A DNA stretch of 63,426 nucleotides, filler included, from Octopus bimaculoides (GCF_001194135.2; 6 parts of 6 records of this genome joined end to end with filler, not necessarily neighbours in it); one strand, 5' to 3'. Positions 13,310-25,449 are shown, counted from the first letter of the whole stretch. The notes: generated by a model not told the origin, from the letters alone. Program-made: numbers and translations.

Positions 13310-13410
13310 GGAGGAGAAGAAGGAGGAGGAGGAGAAGAAGGAGGAGGAGGAGAAGAAGGAGGAGGAGGAGAAGAAGGAGGAGGAGGAGAAGAAGGAGGAG
13401 GAGGAGCGTG
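13310..13410. repeat. Purine 18-mer tandem repeat (GGAGGAGGAGGAGAAGAA)n
   Basis: Direct reading, about 5 units. Confidence 0.9.
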
Positions 13411-13573
13411 AGGAAGAGGAGAATAAGGTGCAGAAGGAGGAGGAATAGGGCGTTTGTGGTGTAACGCCCTCCGCTCGAAATTGCTGACTTTGCGCCTAAA
13501 TCATCTCCGACAACATTAACATCATTCTCGTTATCATCAACTTCATCATCATCATCGTTATTGTTCTTGCTAT

Positions 13574-13662
13574 TAAATTAAGTACCAGTTATATACTGGG
13601 GTCGATGTGATCGACTTATCCCCTCGCCACAAATTTCAAGCCTTGTGCCTATAGTGGAATGA
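13574..13662 (+). mobile_element. 3' fragment of SINE S1b
   Basis: AATTAAGTACCAGTT..ACTGGGGTCGATG..ATCGAC body and CCTTGTGCCTATAGT tail, then ATT repeats. Confidence 0.75.
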
Positions 13663-13704
<42 letters not shown>

Positions 13705-13707
<3 letters not shown>

Positions 13708-14128
13708 TAGTTTTATTTTTATAACGTGCTTTCACTTCACTACCGAGCGCAGCTCTGTGTGCCTTGGATATGAACTGTAGTTTGCTCTGATGCTCTTATG
13801 GTTACTGTATTGAAAGTGTTTTGCGTAGGATGTGTGCAGTGCCCAATAATGTAATTTTCTGTATGTTATATATATTTGTAAGTCCTGATGTTTTTGTTAT
13901 GTATTTGTCTCAATATTTTTTTATTATACTTAAGGCGCCTACTATGATAGGAATTATTTCTGATTTTAGATTCCACATTCGAGTTACCTCTATTTCCAGG
14001 TCTTTGTATTTTGAAAGTTTTTCCATTTCTTTTAGAGAGACGTTGTCATCTGCTGGTATTGATACATCAATTAGAAAGCATTTGTTTCCTTCATGACCTT
14101 TGACAACTATATCTGGTCTATTGGCCTT
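13705..14128 (-). mobile_element. R4/Dong-like 3' end, lineage B, second copy
   Basis: Highly similar to 6514-6930; ATT tracts on both sides. Confidence 0.92.
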
Positions 14129-14170
14129 AATTTCTCTATTTGTGTGTATTTATTATTATTATTGTTGTTG

Positions 14171-14208
<38 letters not shown>

Positions 14209-14210
<2 letters not shown>

Positions 14211-14378
14211 AGCGGCGAGCTTGCAGAACCGTTCGCGCACCGCGAAAAACTTATTGGCTGCATTTCATCCGTCTTTCAGGGTCCATGAAATAAGTGCCAA
14301 CTGACCACTGCGATTGATGTAAGCGCCTAGCCCCGTCTCCCCCAAATTTAAGGCCTTCTGCCTATAGTAGAAAGGATT
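14209..14378 (+). mobile_element. Internally deleted SINE S1b
   Basis: GCGGCGAGCTTGCAGAACCGTT head and b tail; B-box region missing. Confidence 0.72.
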
Positions 14379-14559
14379 ATTATTATTTTATGTAAGGTTT
14401 TGTTTGAACTCCTGAACTCATGCATGTGTAGCGGGCTTTCTACCAGCAGTCTATGGTACCATGTTATCTGTTCTTTATCAACTAATACTTTCGCGATGGT
14501 TCTAGCCATACCAAGGAGGCAAACCTTTCGTAACAGTTCTACGGGGCACTATACCGATT

Positions 14560-15257
14560 TCCTATAAATTCCTTGCAGTCCAGGGACAGGAAATATCAAC
14601 CAAATACCTGATGCACAAAAGGGACAGAGATGCAGGAAAAACAGTAAAATGTGATAACCGATGTAGACTTTGTGGATTTAACACCGAAAACATCACCTGC
14701 ATTATAAGCATTTGTTAAAAAATGTCACCACGATATTATCTACCGATGAGACATGATGTTGTAGCCAGGACACTGTATAACGAGATCCGTCGAAAGGGTA
14801 AACCCGAAGACAAAGAAATAAGAACCTGCAGTATGGTGGAAGCCATAGTTACTCATAATAAAAAGGAATAGAGGTGGAATGTCCCATTGAAAACTTCAAT
14901 AAAATGTAAACACAATAGACCTGATATAATGATTGGGAATAGAGAAAAGAAACTGCGTACAGTTGTGGAAATTAGCTGCCCAGCGGATGTAAACATAAAA
15001 CTGAAGATCAGTGAAAAAGAAAACACCTATGCTGAACTATTGAGGAATCTACAGCTATTTTATCCAGATTACGAGTTCAGGTTAAATACCTGTAATTATT
15101 GGGGCACTGGGATATGTAACAGACTGTCTAAATACCAATCTTGAGAAATTTGGTTTCTCAAAACTAGAAAGGAGAAAGCTAATTCGAAGACTTACAAATC
15201 CAAGCCATCAGTGGAACTGTAAAAATCTGTAAAACTTTCCATAAGTTTATCATTTAA
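14560..15257 (+). mobile_element. R4/Dong-like retrotransposon, lineage E: CCHC knuckle plus RLE domain, decayed
   Basis: AVQGQEISTKYL...CRLCGFNTENITCIISIC...RHDVVA...KCKHNRPDIMI..REKKLRTVVEISCPAD...PVIIGALG...KTFHKFII*; part in supplied ORF 14887-15144. Confidence 0.85.
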
Positions 15258-15270
15258 GTATATATAAGCA

Positions 15271-15460
15271 TGAAATTTTGGGGAAGGGGCCAGTCGATTA
15301 GATCGATCCCACTACGCAACTGGTACTTAATTTATCCATCCCGAAAGGGTGAAAGGCAAAGTCGACCTCGGCGGAATTTGAACCCAGAACGTAAAGATAG
15401 ACAAAATACCGCTAAGCATTTCGCCCGGCGTGCTAATATTTCTGCCAGCTCTCTGCCTAA
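15271..15460 (-). mobile_element. SINE S1
   Basis: Reverse complement of the S1 head and body. Confidence 0.88.
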
Positions 15461-15484
15461 CTGAATACTGACATACATATATGT

Positions 15485-15808
15485 AGACACTCCGTCTGTT
15501 ACGACGACGAGGGTCCCAGCTGATACGATCAACGGAACAACTTGCTCGTGAAATTAACGTGCATGTGACTGAGCAATCCACAGACGCGTGTACCCCTAAC
15601 GTAGTTCTCGGAGAGACTCAGCGTAACACATAGCGTGACAAGGCTGGCCCTTTGAAATACAGGTACTACTCATTTTTGCCAGCTGAGTGGATTGGAGCAA
15701 CGTGAAATAAAGTGTCTTGCTCAAGGACACAATGCATCGCCGGAAATCGAACTCACGACCTTATGATCATGAGCCGAATGCCCTAACCACTAAGCCACGC
15801 GCTTTCAC
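15485..15808 (-). mobile_element. SINE, head S4 with tail S5
   Basis: Minus strand has TGGCTTAGTGG A-box, GAGTTCGATTTCC B-box and a CORE-like block; tail homologous to 23449-23640 and 43900-44090. Confidence 0.85.
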
Positions 15809-15842
15809 ACATACATACATACATACATACATACATACATAC

Positions 15843-15873
<31 letters not shown>

Positions 15874-16433
15874 CATACATAAAGGAACTGCGGATCGTAT
15901 GTGAATGCATGATATAGCTAGCATATGCCTATGTATACGTTGTGCTTCTATATCTCCATATCTCTGCGTGTGCTTAAAAACATCTAGACAGCTGCTACAA
16001 CCCGGAAGACGTAGTTTCTATCAAACCTATTCAGGGCAATGTCGTCCTTTCCATATTAAAAAAAAAAATCTCATTAGACATTTACAACCGAAAATCTAGT
16101 CGTGAAGAGAATTGCGACAGTCAACTATTTATCGATTGTTTTGGACGTCTTCTCAGTCACTTCCTTCCTCTTTACGTTGTACGCTGCTGCAGATGTCAAA
16201 AGGATTTTGTTAATAACTGTCGCTAACCTCTTAGTCCCAGATTTATATCTTGTGTTTTTGTTTGTTTTTCGTTTGTTTTTGTTATTTTTGTCTTATACTT
16301 GCAGTTCACAAGTTAAGGATCGTTAAAGCAATCCTAGTGAATAAATTTGTTTCCTGTCTTTCGGCTGTCTTAAGTGGCTTTCATCACTTTCCTGATCATC
16401 TATGAGCGCACGTGTATGCGTATATAACCATTC

Positions 16434-16528
<95 letters not shown>

Positions 16529-17246
16529 CGCATACACATGAATGTATGTACGTATGTATGTATGTATATATATATATANNNNNNNNNNNNNNNNNNNNNN
16601 NNNNNNNNNNNNNNNNNNNNNNNNNNNNNNNNNNNNNNNNNNNNNNNNNNNNNNNNNNNNNNNNNNNNNNNNNNNNNNNNNNNNNNNNNNNNNNNNNNNN
16701 NNNNNNNNNNNNNNNNNNNNNNNNNNNNNNNNNNNNNNNNNNNNNNNNNNNNNNNNNNNNNNNNNNNNNNNNNNNNNNNNNNNNNNNNNNNNNNNNNNNN
16801 NNNNNNNNNNNNNNNNNNNNNNNNNNNNNNNNNNNNNNNNNNNNNNNNNNNNNNNNNNNNNNNNNNNNNNNNNNNNNNNNNNNNNNNNNNNNNNNNNNNN
16901 NNNNNNNNNNNNNNNNNNNNNNNNNNNNNNNNNNNNNNNNNNNNNNNNNNNNNNNNNNNNNNNNNNNNNNNNNNNNNNNNNNNNNNNNNNNNNNNNNNNN
17001 NNNNNNNNNNNNNNNNNNNNNNNNNNNNNNNNNNNNNNNNNNNNNNNNNNNNNNNNNNNNNNNNNNNNNNNNNNNNNNNNNNNNNNNNNNNNNNNNNNNN
17101 NNNNNNNNNNNNNNNNNNNNNNNNNNNNNNNNNNNNNNNNNNNNNNNNNNNNNNNNCATACATACTCATACACAGATGTATATTCATATATATATATATA
17201 TACACATATATACATATACCTGAATCTCTGTCCTCTTTTGCCCCGT

Positions 17247-17277
<31 letters not shown>

Positions 17278-17847
17278 GTACACATATATATATGTGTGTG
17301 TGCCTGTGTACTTATCATGTATATACATATTATCCTGGTTTTACTTTTCTTACACTGGGAATTAACAGAGAGAGATGGGGAATTAGTAAACATACAGAGA
17401 AAAAGAGAGAAGTAGATAAATATGAATGCACAGGCATACCTTCACATATACATACGTTTACAAACGTACACTCGCATGCATGTCTATACGCAAACTAAAC
17501 AGACAGATATACAAACGGCCACACACACCTATGCAATCATACACACAGATACGCATATACACATCTCAATATACACACACATTCACACACGACTCTAGAT
17601 AAATGCACATAAACAAACACACACACTTACATACATACCTATCTTCAGTCTTCAGTACTAACCATCATTACTATACATGCACCCATTTCCTCACATCACT
17701 CCTCCATCATAGAACCTCGTCTTTTTACCATTGTCCTTCAAGTACTTAATGTTTTAGTTCTTTTGAAAGATCACCATTCCATATTTATGTTTTAGACATA
17801 TTTATATCCTAGGGAATTTCTTCGACAAAACGTTTCTCTTCAAAGTC

Positions 17848-17947
17848 NNNNNNNNNNNNNNNNNNNNNNNNNNNNNNNNNNNNNNNNNNNNTTAATTAAT
17901 TAANNNNNNNNNNNNNNNNNNNNNNNNNNNNNNNNNNNNNNNNNNNN
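17848..17947. other. Artificial scaffold spacer N44-TTAATTAATTAA-N44
   Basis: Exactly 100 bp; the palindromic 12-mer places a stop codon in all six frames. Confidence 0.95.
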
Positions 17948-18314
17948 CACAAATAGTCCCGTATAGGAAAAAAGTCCCGTATGAAGGGTTACGGTTTAAC
18001 CATCCAACTTAGAGGCATCAATATAAAATATACAGATGTAGGGCAGGGAATCGTCAATTAGTAATAAAATTAATAATTAACAATTTTGCCGAGTAGTTCA
18101 GTATGTAAAAACCTTTATCGGTAAAACCAAATATCGCCATCCGTTAGAGAAAAAATTTGTAGTTTGGAATCAGTAGTTCTTTGACTGCTATTTCTAAATT
18201 CTCAGTATGTTGGAGAAGCAACTCATGCTAATCCCTGTATATTTATGGTTATATATATATATATATTATACACAAACACAGAGAAAGAGAGAGAGAGAGA
18301 AATAGAGATGTCTT

Positions 18315-18575
18315 TTCTGTTGCTCGCGGATGAGTTAGTGTGCCGACTTGACAAGCATCGTCTGACATATTTCCTCTCAGCCTCGAAACTCACAGTGGAA
18401 CCCGGCCCAATGCGGTGCCATCATTCATTCGCAACTGGCACTCAGCTTGCTAGCGACTGTCTGTGCATCGGCGTTTCCCTGAGGCTTGGCCTTCAGATTT
18501 GTGAGCCTCACGAATGCCGCCGCGGATCCACTGTGGGTTCTTTTGGCCTCCATTCACTGTCATGCCGTCATTCAT
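18315..18575 (+). mobile_element. CRE-clade non-LTR retrotransposon fragment (zinc-knuckle region)
   Basis: GTQLASDCLCIGVSLRLGLQICEPHECRRGSTVGSFGLHSLSCRHS in supplied ORF 18245-18613 resembles the recalled CRE motif LRLG..ICEPH.C.CG..VD..GLH.LSC. Confidence 0.7.
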
Positions 18576-18614
18576 TTCAGAAAAATTTTTGGAAAATGTT
18601 ACAGGTGCAGTAGT

Positions 18615-19183
18615 GGCTGTGTGGTAAGTAGCTTGCTTACCAACCACATGGTTCTGGGCTCAGTCCCACTGCGTGGTACGTCGGGAGTGTCTTCTACTAT
18701 AGCCTCGGGCTGACCAAAGACTTATGAGTGGATTTGGTAATATATATATATATANNNNNNNNNNNNNNNNNNNNNNNNNNNNNNNNNNNNNNNNNNNNNN
18801 NNNNNNNNNNNNNNNNNNNNNNNNNNNNNNNNNNNNNNNNNNNNNNNNNNNNNNNNNNNNNNNNNNNNNNNNNNNNNNNNNNNNNNNNNNNNNNNNNNNN
18901 NNNNNNNNNNNNNNNNNNNNNNNNNNNNNNNNNNNNNNNNNNNNNNNNNNNNNNNNNNNNTATATATGTATGTTTGTGTGTCTGTGTTTGTCCTCCCAAC
19001 ATCGCTTGACAACCGATGCTGGTGTATTTACGTCCCCGTCACTTAGCAGTTCGGCAAGAGAGACCGATAGAGTAAGTACTAGGCTTACAAAGAATAAGTC
19101 CTGGGGTCGATTTGCTCGACTAAAGGCGGTGCTCCAGCATGGCCGCAGCCGAATGATTAAAACAGATAAAAGAATAAAAGGTT
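18615..19183 (+). mobile_element. Bipartite SINE: head S2, TA tract or gap, tail S3
   Basis: GTGGTAAGTAGCTTGCTTACCAACCACATG head and CORE-like block before the gap; GACAACCGATGCTGG...GGCGGTGCTCCAGCATGGCCGCAG after it. The same layout is ungapped at 44651-45038. Confidence 0.85.
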
Positions 19184-20024
19184 TAAATTTCATAATTCTT
19201 ACTCAATCAGAAAACAGAATTTGAAAGCTACCATTTTCTGCGTGATCGCTGTCTATCATAAAATGAAAGTAAACATCACACCGACGACTGAAAGCAATTA
19301 CATGTCATTTAAAGAGAGATTGAGAGAGAAATAGAGAAATAGAGAGAGGGATAGAGAGATAGCAATAGAGATAGAAAGGGGGGGGGAAGCATGTGTGAAA
19401 GATAGGAATATACAAAGAGAGAGTGATAAAGAATGTGGTAAACGTATATAAAGAGAGGGGAAAGCATAAAAGAGAGAGAGATTCTGATGGAGACAGAATT
19501 ATTTCTTGAAGCAAATTAAATTTTCTGTTTAATTATAACCAAATACTTCGTCGTTGGGACACAGATCACGAAAATCGAATCCGTTTTCTCGAGGACGCAC
19601 CGTTTCGGAGCCTTTCCGTGACGTATTTACATACGTACATGCATACATACACTCACATTTACACACACACACACATATGTACATATATGTATGTGTGTGT
19701 GTGCGTGTGTATATATATATATATATCCACAATGCATACATACTAATATGTATTATTTCATACATAAATTATACACACGTGCGCGCGTGCACACACATTC
19801 GAACACACACACAAATATATATGTGTGTGTGTGTGTGTGTTGCTATACAAACAACCATCTAAACCACGGAATTTCAGTTTGAAAACGGCTATCGAAAGGC
19901 TCGAAACTCATTAGAATAAATGGAAACATTATCATTAAAATAAAAATTATCCCTGCAAAAGCCATCTCTACTCTTTTTATTCAAATATATTATACTGTAC
20001 CAAGAACATTTTTTTTTATTATTC

Positions 20025-20061
<37 letters not shown>

Positions 20062-20226
20062 NNNNNNNNNNATATATATATATATATATATATATATATC
20101 TTGTCTGTCAATATGTCTGTCTCTGTCTGTCTATTTATATATATATATATACATACGTACGTACATTATACATATAATATATAAACATACACACACAGAT
20201 ACACACGCACATATATATGTATATAT

Positions 20227-20300
<74 letters not shown>

Positions 20301-20302
<2 letters not shown>

Positions 20303-20559
20303 GGTGGTGGTTGTCTACTCCTTAAACAGAGTTTGACCACCTCCTGCACCTACACCTTAGCCCTTTCATGGCGTCTGATGTGGCTTTTTAAACCAGACAG
20401 TGTTTTGAAAAAACACCCACACAGATTGCACCTCTGATTTGCACTACCAATACCTGCAAGTAAGTTCTGCTCATTGTGGATCCTAACATGTCTTTTAAGA
20501 CCCCCATTGGATTTGCAAACCCTCTGGCACACACCACATTCAAACGTGTGCACAGACAT
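20301..20559 (-). mobile_element. Fragment with two C2H2 zinc fingers between TA tracts, probable 3' end of an RTE-like LINE
   Basis: CGVCQRVCKSNGGLKRHVRIH and [21 protein letters not shown] (both C-x2-C-x12-H-x3-H), 15-aa non-TGEKP linker, stop at 20350-20352, about 50-nt trailer then (TA)n; no splice acceptor upstream. Confidence 0.6.
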
Positions 20560-20639
20560 ATATATATATGTACACACACACACACATATATATATGACAC
20601 ATACACGTATGTCTGACTGAATGATTTGCAGTGAATAGT

Positions 20640-20685
<46 letters not shown>

Positions 20686-21034
20686 CGCTATACATTTCAG
20701 GAATTCCATGTATGTTCCAGTTTTCTTCCCGTGTTTATTATACCTTTCCATTCATACACACCTGATTTACAGGTGTCACACCGACTCCATTCATCGACTC
20801 ATGTTTTTTGATTTATATTCATTCGTTTTCCAGTTCGTTCATTCACTTTATCATCTATTTACAGAGAGGAAATAAATTTGCTACAATTTGTTATAAACGC
20901 CTTCGATCATTTTTTTTAATCAAAGTTGAATTTATATTTTATCGCGGTTTTCTTACGCATCGCTTATTCCATGCGCATACGATATGTATATATATACGTG
21001 CATCTCTCTCTCTCTGTCTTCCCCAGCTCTCACC

Positions 21035-21095
<61 letters not shown>

Positions 21096-21186
21096 CATTG
21101 TCTCTCTTACTCTCTCTCTCCCTTTCTCTATGTGAAGGCGAAGAAGCCGATAACTTAGACGACTTTGTCAAATTTTATCTTGTAGA

Positions 21187-21340
21187 AAGTAGTTGCTGTG
21201 TGATACGGAGTTCGTTTCCCAACCACATAGTTAAGGGTTCAGTTCCACTGCGTGACACCTCGGCAAGTGTCTTCTACCTCAGTTCGACGAAAGCCTTGTG
21301 AGTGGATACAGTAGACGGAAACTGAAAGAAACCTGTTATA
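21187..21340 (+). mobile_element. SINE head S2 (diverged)
   Basis: CCAACCACATAG..GGGTTCAGTTCCACTGCGTGACACCTCGGCAAGTGTCTTCTAC...GTAGACGGAAACTGAAAGAA. Confidence 0.8.
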
Positions 21341-21469
21341 TATATATATATATATGTTGTTGTACTTGGGGATGGTCATATTGCCAGTTTAGCCAATAAA
21401 AACACACGCACTGTATATTTGGTGTTAATTTGCTTCAGCTTTATATTACATTAATCTTAATCTTATTTC

Positions 21470-21513
21470 GACCAGAGTTCTTTCGTCACACTTCTGTGAC
21501 CTCATCAGTGGTC
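21470..21513 (-). ncRNA. Minimal type I hammerhead ribozyme motif
   Basis: Minus strand GACCA-CTGATGA-G-GTCACA-GAAG-TGTGAC-GAA-AG-AA-CTC-TGGTC: 5-bp stem I, intact core, 6-bp stem II, 2-bp stem III, CUC cleavage triplet. Confidence 0.8.
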
Positions 21514-22416
21514 CTTTGTTTCCTTCTTTCTTATGTGTGTCTCACCTTGCTAACTATCAGCCATTTTGTATTTTGTATTCCTATTGTATGTGTCTATGCA
21601 TGCGTGTCCTTCAATGTGTCTGTGTCTTTTGTAAGTGCATGTGTGTATGGGGAGTGTCTGTATCACCTATATTCTCTGTTAATACGTGTTCGTTTNNNNN
21701 NNNNNNNNNNNNNNNNNNNNNNNNNNNNNNNNNNNNNNNNNNNNNNNNNNNNNNNNNNNNNNNNNNNNNNNNNNNNNNNNNNNNNNNNNNNNNNNNNNNN
21801 NNNNNNNNNNNNNNNNNNNNNNNNNNNNNNNNNNNNNNNNNNNNNNNNNNNNNNNNNNNNNNNNNNNNNNNNNNNNNNNNNNNNNNNNNNNNNNNNNNNN
21901 NNNNNNNNNNNNNNNNNNNNNNNNNNNNNNNNNNNNNNNNNNNNNNNNNNNNNNNNNNNNNNNNNNNNNNNNNNNNNNNNNNNNNNNNNNNNNNNNNNNN
22001 NNNNNNNNNNNNNNNNNNNNNNNNNNNNNNNNNNNNNNNNNNNNNNNNNNNNNNNNNNNNNNNNNNNNNNNNNNNNNNNNNNNNNNNNNNNNNNNNNNNN
22101 NNNNNNNNNNNNNNNNNNNNNNNNNNNNNNNNNNNNNNNNNNNNNNNNNNNNNNNNNNNNNNNNNNNNNNNNNNNNNNNNNNNNNNNNNNNNNNNNNNNN
22201 NNNNNNNNNNNNNNNNNNNNNNNNNNNNNNNNNNNNNNNNNNNNNNNNNNNNNNNNNNNNNNNNNNNNNNNNNNNNNNNNNNNNNNNNNNNNNNNNNNNN
22301 NNNNNNNNNNNNNNNNNNNNNNNNNNNNNNNNNNNNNNNNNNNNNNNNNNNNNNNNNNNNNNNNNNNNNNNNNNNNNNNNNNNNNNNNNNNNNNNNNNNN
22401 NNNNNNNNNNNNNNNN

Positions 22417-22447
<31 letters not shown>

Positions 22448-22449
<2 letters not shown>

Positions 22450-22556
22450 CAGTCAATAGGTGAGAGCTAGATATGTTCAGTCTGGGAAACACGTAGTAAT
22501 GCTGAAATGAAATGAACTCAAACTCCGAATTCTTCATCTAGAACTAGCTCCACGGC
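22448..22556. repeat. 109-bp direct repeat, copy 1
   Basis: Identical to 24984-25092 except one base (CAGTCTGGG vs CAGTATGGG); both copies follow a (CA)n tract. Confidence 0.92.
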
Positions 22557-23235
22557 GTCATGAATGCCTATAAAAGAAATCAAACACGAGCTGAAATGGA
22601 GATAGTGATGCAGATATACACAATTAGGCCTGACATATAGATCGCCATGATAGATCGCCATGATAGATCGCTAGCCACTACACATTCTTTTTTTCTCTCC
22701 TTGTTTCTTTCGAAACGTTAAAGACTTTTTCACTTTCCGAGCGTTATACTAATACATCTGTTTGTTGTCTACACCACCTGTCTTCGTCTTTTTGGGTTTT
22801 TTTGTGAATTCTCCCTATATATACNNNNNNNNNNNNNNNNNNNNNNNNNNNNNNNNNNNNNNNNNNNNNNNNNNNNNNNNNNNNNNNNNNNNNNNNNNNN
22901 NNNNNNNNNNNNNNNNNNNNNNNNNNNNNNNNNNNNNNNNNNNNNNNNNNNNNNNNNNNNNNNNNNNNNNNNNNNNNNNNNNNNNNNNNNNNNNNNNNNN
23001 NNNNNNNNNNNNNNNNNNNNNNNNNNNNNNNNNNNNNNNNNNNNNNNNNNNNNNNNNNNNNNNNNNNNNNNNNNNNNNNNNNNNNNNNNNNNNNNNNNNN
23101 NNNNNNNNNNNNNNNNNNNNNNNNNNNNNNNNNNNNNNNNNNNNNNNNNNNNNNNNNNNNNNNNNNNNNNNNNNNNNNNNNNNNNNNNNNNNNNNNNNNN
23201 NNNNNNNNNNNNATATATACATATATATATATACT

Positions 23236-23405
23236 TGTTTCAGCACCACCTTTAATCGAGCAAATCGACCCCAGGACTTATTCTTTGTCAGCCTAGTACT
23301 TATTCTATAGGTCTCTTTTGCCAAACCACTAGGTTACGGGGACGTAAGCACACCAACATCAGTTGTCAAACGATGATGGGGGCACAAACAGACACACAAA
23401 CACAC
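23236..23405 (-). mobile_element. SINE tail S3
   Basis: Reverse complement of 18970-19180. Confidence 0.85.
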
Positions 23406-23448
23406 ACACACACACACATATGTTTGTATATATATGTGGTGGTGGTGG

Positions 23449-23690
23449 CACTCCGTCGCTTACGACGTCGAAGGTTCCATTTGATCCGATCGACGGAACA
23501 GCCTGCTCGTGAAATTAACGTACAAGTGGCTGAGCACTCCACAGACATGTGTACCCTTAATGTAGTTCTCGGGAATATTCAGCGTGACACAGTGTGACAA
23601 GGCTGACCATTTAAATTGCAGGCACAACAGAAGCAGGAAGTAAGAGTGAGAGAAAGTTGTGGTGAAAGAGTACAGCAGGGTCCTCCATAT
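23449..23690 (-). mobile_element. SINE with tail S5
   Basis: Inverted homolog of 43855-44090. Confidence 0.85.
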
Positions 23691-23694
23691 ATAT

Positions 23695-23856
23695 ACACGA
23701 CGGGCTTCTCTCAGTTGCCGTTTACCAAATGCACTCACAAGGCTTTGGTTGGCCCGAAGCTGTAGTAGAAGACACTTGCCCAAGGTGCCATGCAGAGGGA
23801 CTGAACACGGAATCATGTGGTTGGTAAGCAAGCTACTTACCACACAGCCACGCTTG
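23695..23856 (-). mobile_element. SINE head S2
   Basis: CATGTGGTTGGTAAGCAAGCTACTTACCACACAGCCAC and AGAAGACACTTGCCCAAGGTGCCA on the plus strand. Confidence 0.88.
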
Positions 23857-24772
23857 CGTCTATAGATACACATACCAAAACATGCGAAGGTGTACTTGGC
23901 ATGTAGGTGTCCTATGCTCCGTTCTTCTGTTGGATTTGTAGCGAAAGTAAATGTGTCATAAACGTAACCATTATTTGGCAGTTTAAGTGGCTGAAATGTT
24001 TCTCAATCATGCAATGGTGACGACCCGAGACTTGTATATAGGCCGCTTGGGTACACTTTGAGTTATTTGTTGGATTTCTCGTTTATTGTGGCAATAATGA
24101 CCGTTATACTTCCCATTCTTGCGTAAATCGAAGACCTGCACTGATATATTTTAAAAAGTTGAACCAGTTTCCAGATCGGTACCGGAACCAAGACTTTTTA
24201 TATGTAGCAGAGAATATTTGAGTTCTTACGGATCACACTGTAACAAAGTTACCCCTTTGTCCGTTTGTGGGTTGGGATTGGAACCAACCCAAGAGTTTCT
24301 TTAACCAAATATCCTACACGATGATATAGCCTTATGAAACTCGAGTTCCAATTTACTTAACATCTTTCGAAGTTTCTAAATTCTTATAATTCTTATGGGC
24401 CACACTGTAGCTGGCTGTCCCCACTGTTTTCCATGCACCCACCTCACTAACGAGCCCCGATGCGGCAAAACTTTTGGATACTCGCCGACAATCTGAAAGT
24501 TCTCTCACATGTGTCTTCCACATTCATTAAGAAACATTTCCTGTTTTCCTTCTAGCTCGCCAATCAATGTTTTGTTATCCTCCTTAGCCATTGTGGATCT
24601 TGCTACAATCCCGCATCTATAGGAAATACCCTACACTGTCGTTCTCGGAAATACCCTACACTGTCATTCTCGTGTATCGTATGATTCCCTAAACCCTTCA
24701 TATTCTACGCTTTTCTTTTCATGGTCCCACCACTATATTGCCTTTCTAAGACGTCCGCTTAGAACATTTTAT

Positions 24773-24955
24773 GACAACCGATGCTGGTGTGTTTATGTCA
24801 CCGTAACTTAGCGGTTCAGCAAAAGACACCGATAGAATAAGTACTAGGCTTACAAAAAATAAGTCCTGGGGTCGATTTGCTCGACTAAAGGCGGTGCTCC
24901 AGCATGGCCACAGCCAAATGACTGAAACAAGTAACAGAGTAAAGAGTAAAGAGAA
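24773..24955 (+). mobile_element. SINE tail S3
   Basis: GACAACCGATGCTGGTGTG...GGCGGTGCTCCAGCATGGCCACAG..ACTGAAACAAG. Confidence 0.88.
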
Positions 24956-24983
24956 TATATACACACACACACACACACACAAG

Positions 24984-25092
24984 TGCAGTCAATAGGTGAG
25001 AGCTAGATATGTTCAGTATGGGAAACACGTAGTAATGCTGAAATGAAATGAACTCAAACTCCGAATTCTTCATCTAGAACTAGCTCCACGGC
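24984..25092. repeat. 109-bp direct repeat, copy 2
   Basis: See 22448-22556. Confidence 0.92.
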
Positions 25093-25371
25093 ATTTTATG
25101 TCCTGTTACACGATGCCATAACGACAGAGTGTTGCATTGTATAACATATATGCACCCAGAACATACCCTCGCCACAATGTAAATCTTCCTCACCGAATGA
25201 TATTCGGGTGTTTCGTTAACGACCCACTGTCTGATAGGGGAGAAATGCAATCTTGTTGGTTTTGTTTTCCTCAACATAGTCTATGATAACTTTCTCTGCT
25301 CAACTCTCCTCCTTGCATCTTATATGCATTGACTTTCTAATTATTCATCTTTTCGTTGCTTACTCCACTTA

Positions 25372-25449
25372 TGATTGAGACAGCTTTGTAGCTGGGAACT
25401 GCAAGAGGTAATCCTCTTGCAGTTCCCAGCTACAAAGCTGTCTCAATCA
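25372..25449. repeat. Perfect 37-bp inverted repeat with 4-nt spacer
   Basis: TGATTGAGACAGCTTTGTAGCTGGGAACTGCAAGAGG-taat-CCTCTTGCAGTTCCCAGCTACAAAGCTGTCTCAATCA. Confidence 0.97.

Noticed and set aside
16102-16345. Hydrophobic 74-aa ORF, or terminal exon after a strong acceptor at 16304 with AATAAA
   Set aside because: Hydrophobicity comes from T-rich low-complexity DNA; no recognisable family; splice signal alone is insufficient.
16345-16400. Minus-strand GTGATGA...AGCCGAAA
   Set aside because: Stem II and stem I do not pair on that strand.
22700-22730. TTCGAAACGTTAAAG resembling the 3' half of a PLE hammerhead
   Set aside because: No upstream core or stem II present; cannot be supported from this copy.
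24622-24671. 25-bp tandem duplication
   Set aside because: Real but ordinary slippage; a similar 13-bp case lies near 22628-22660.
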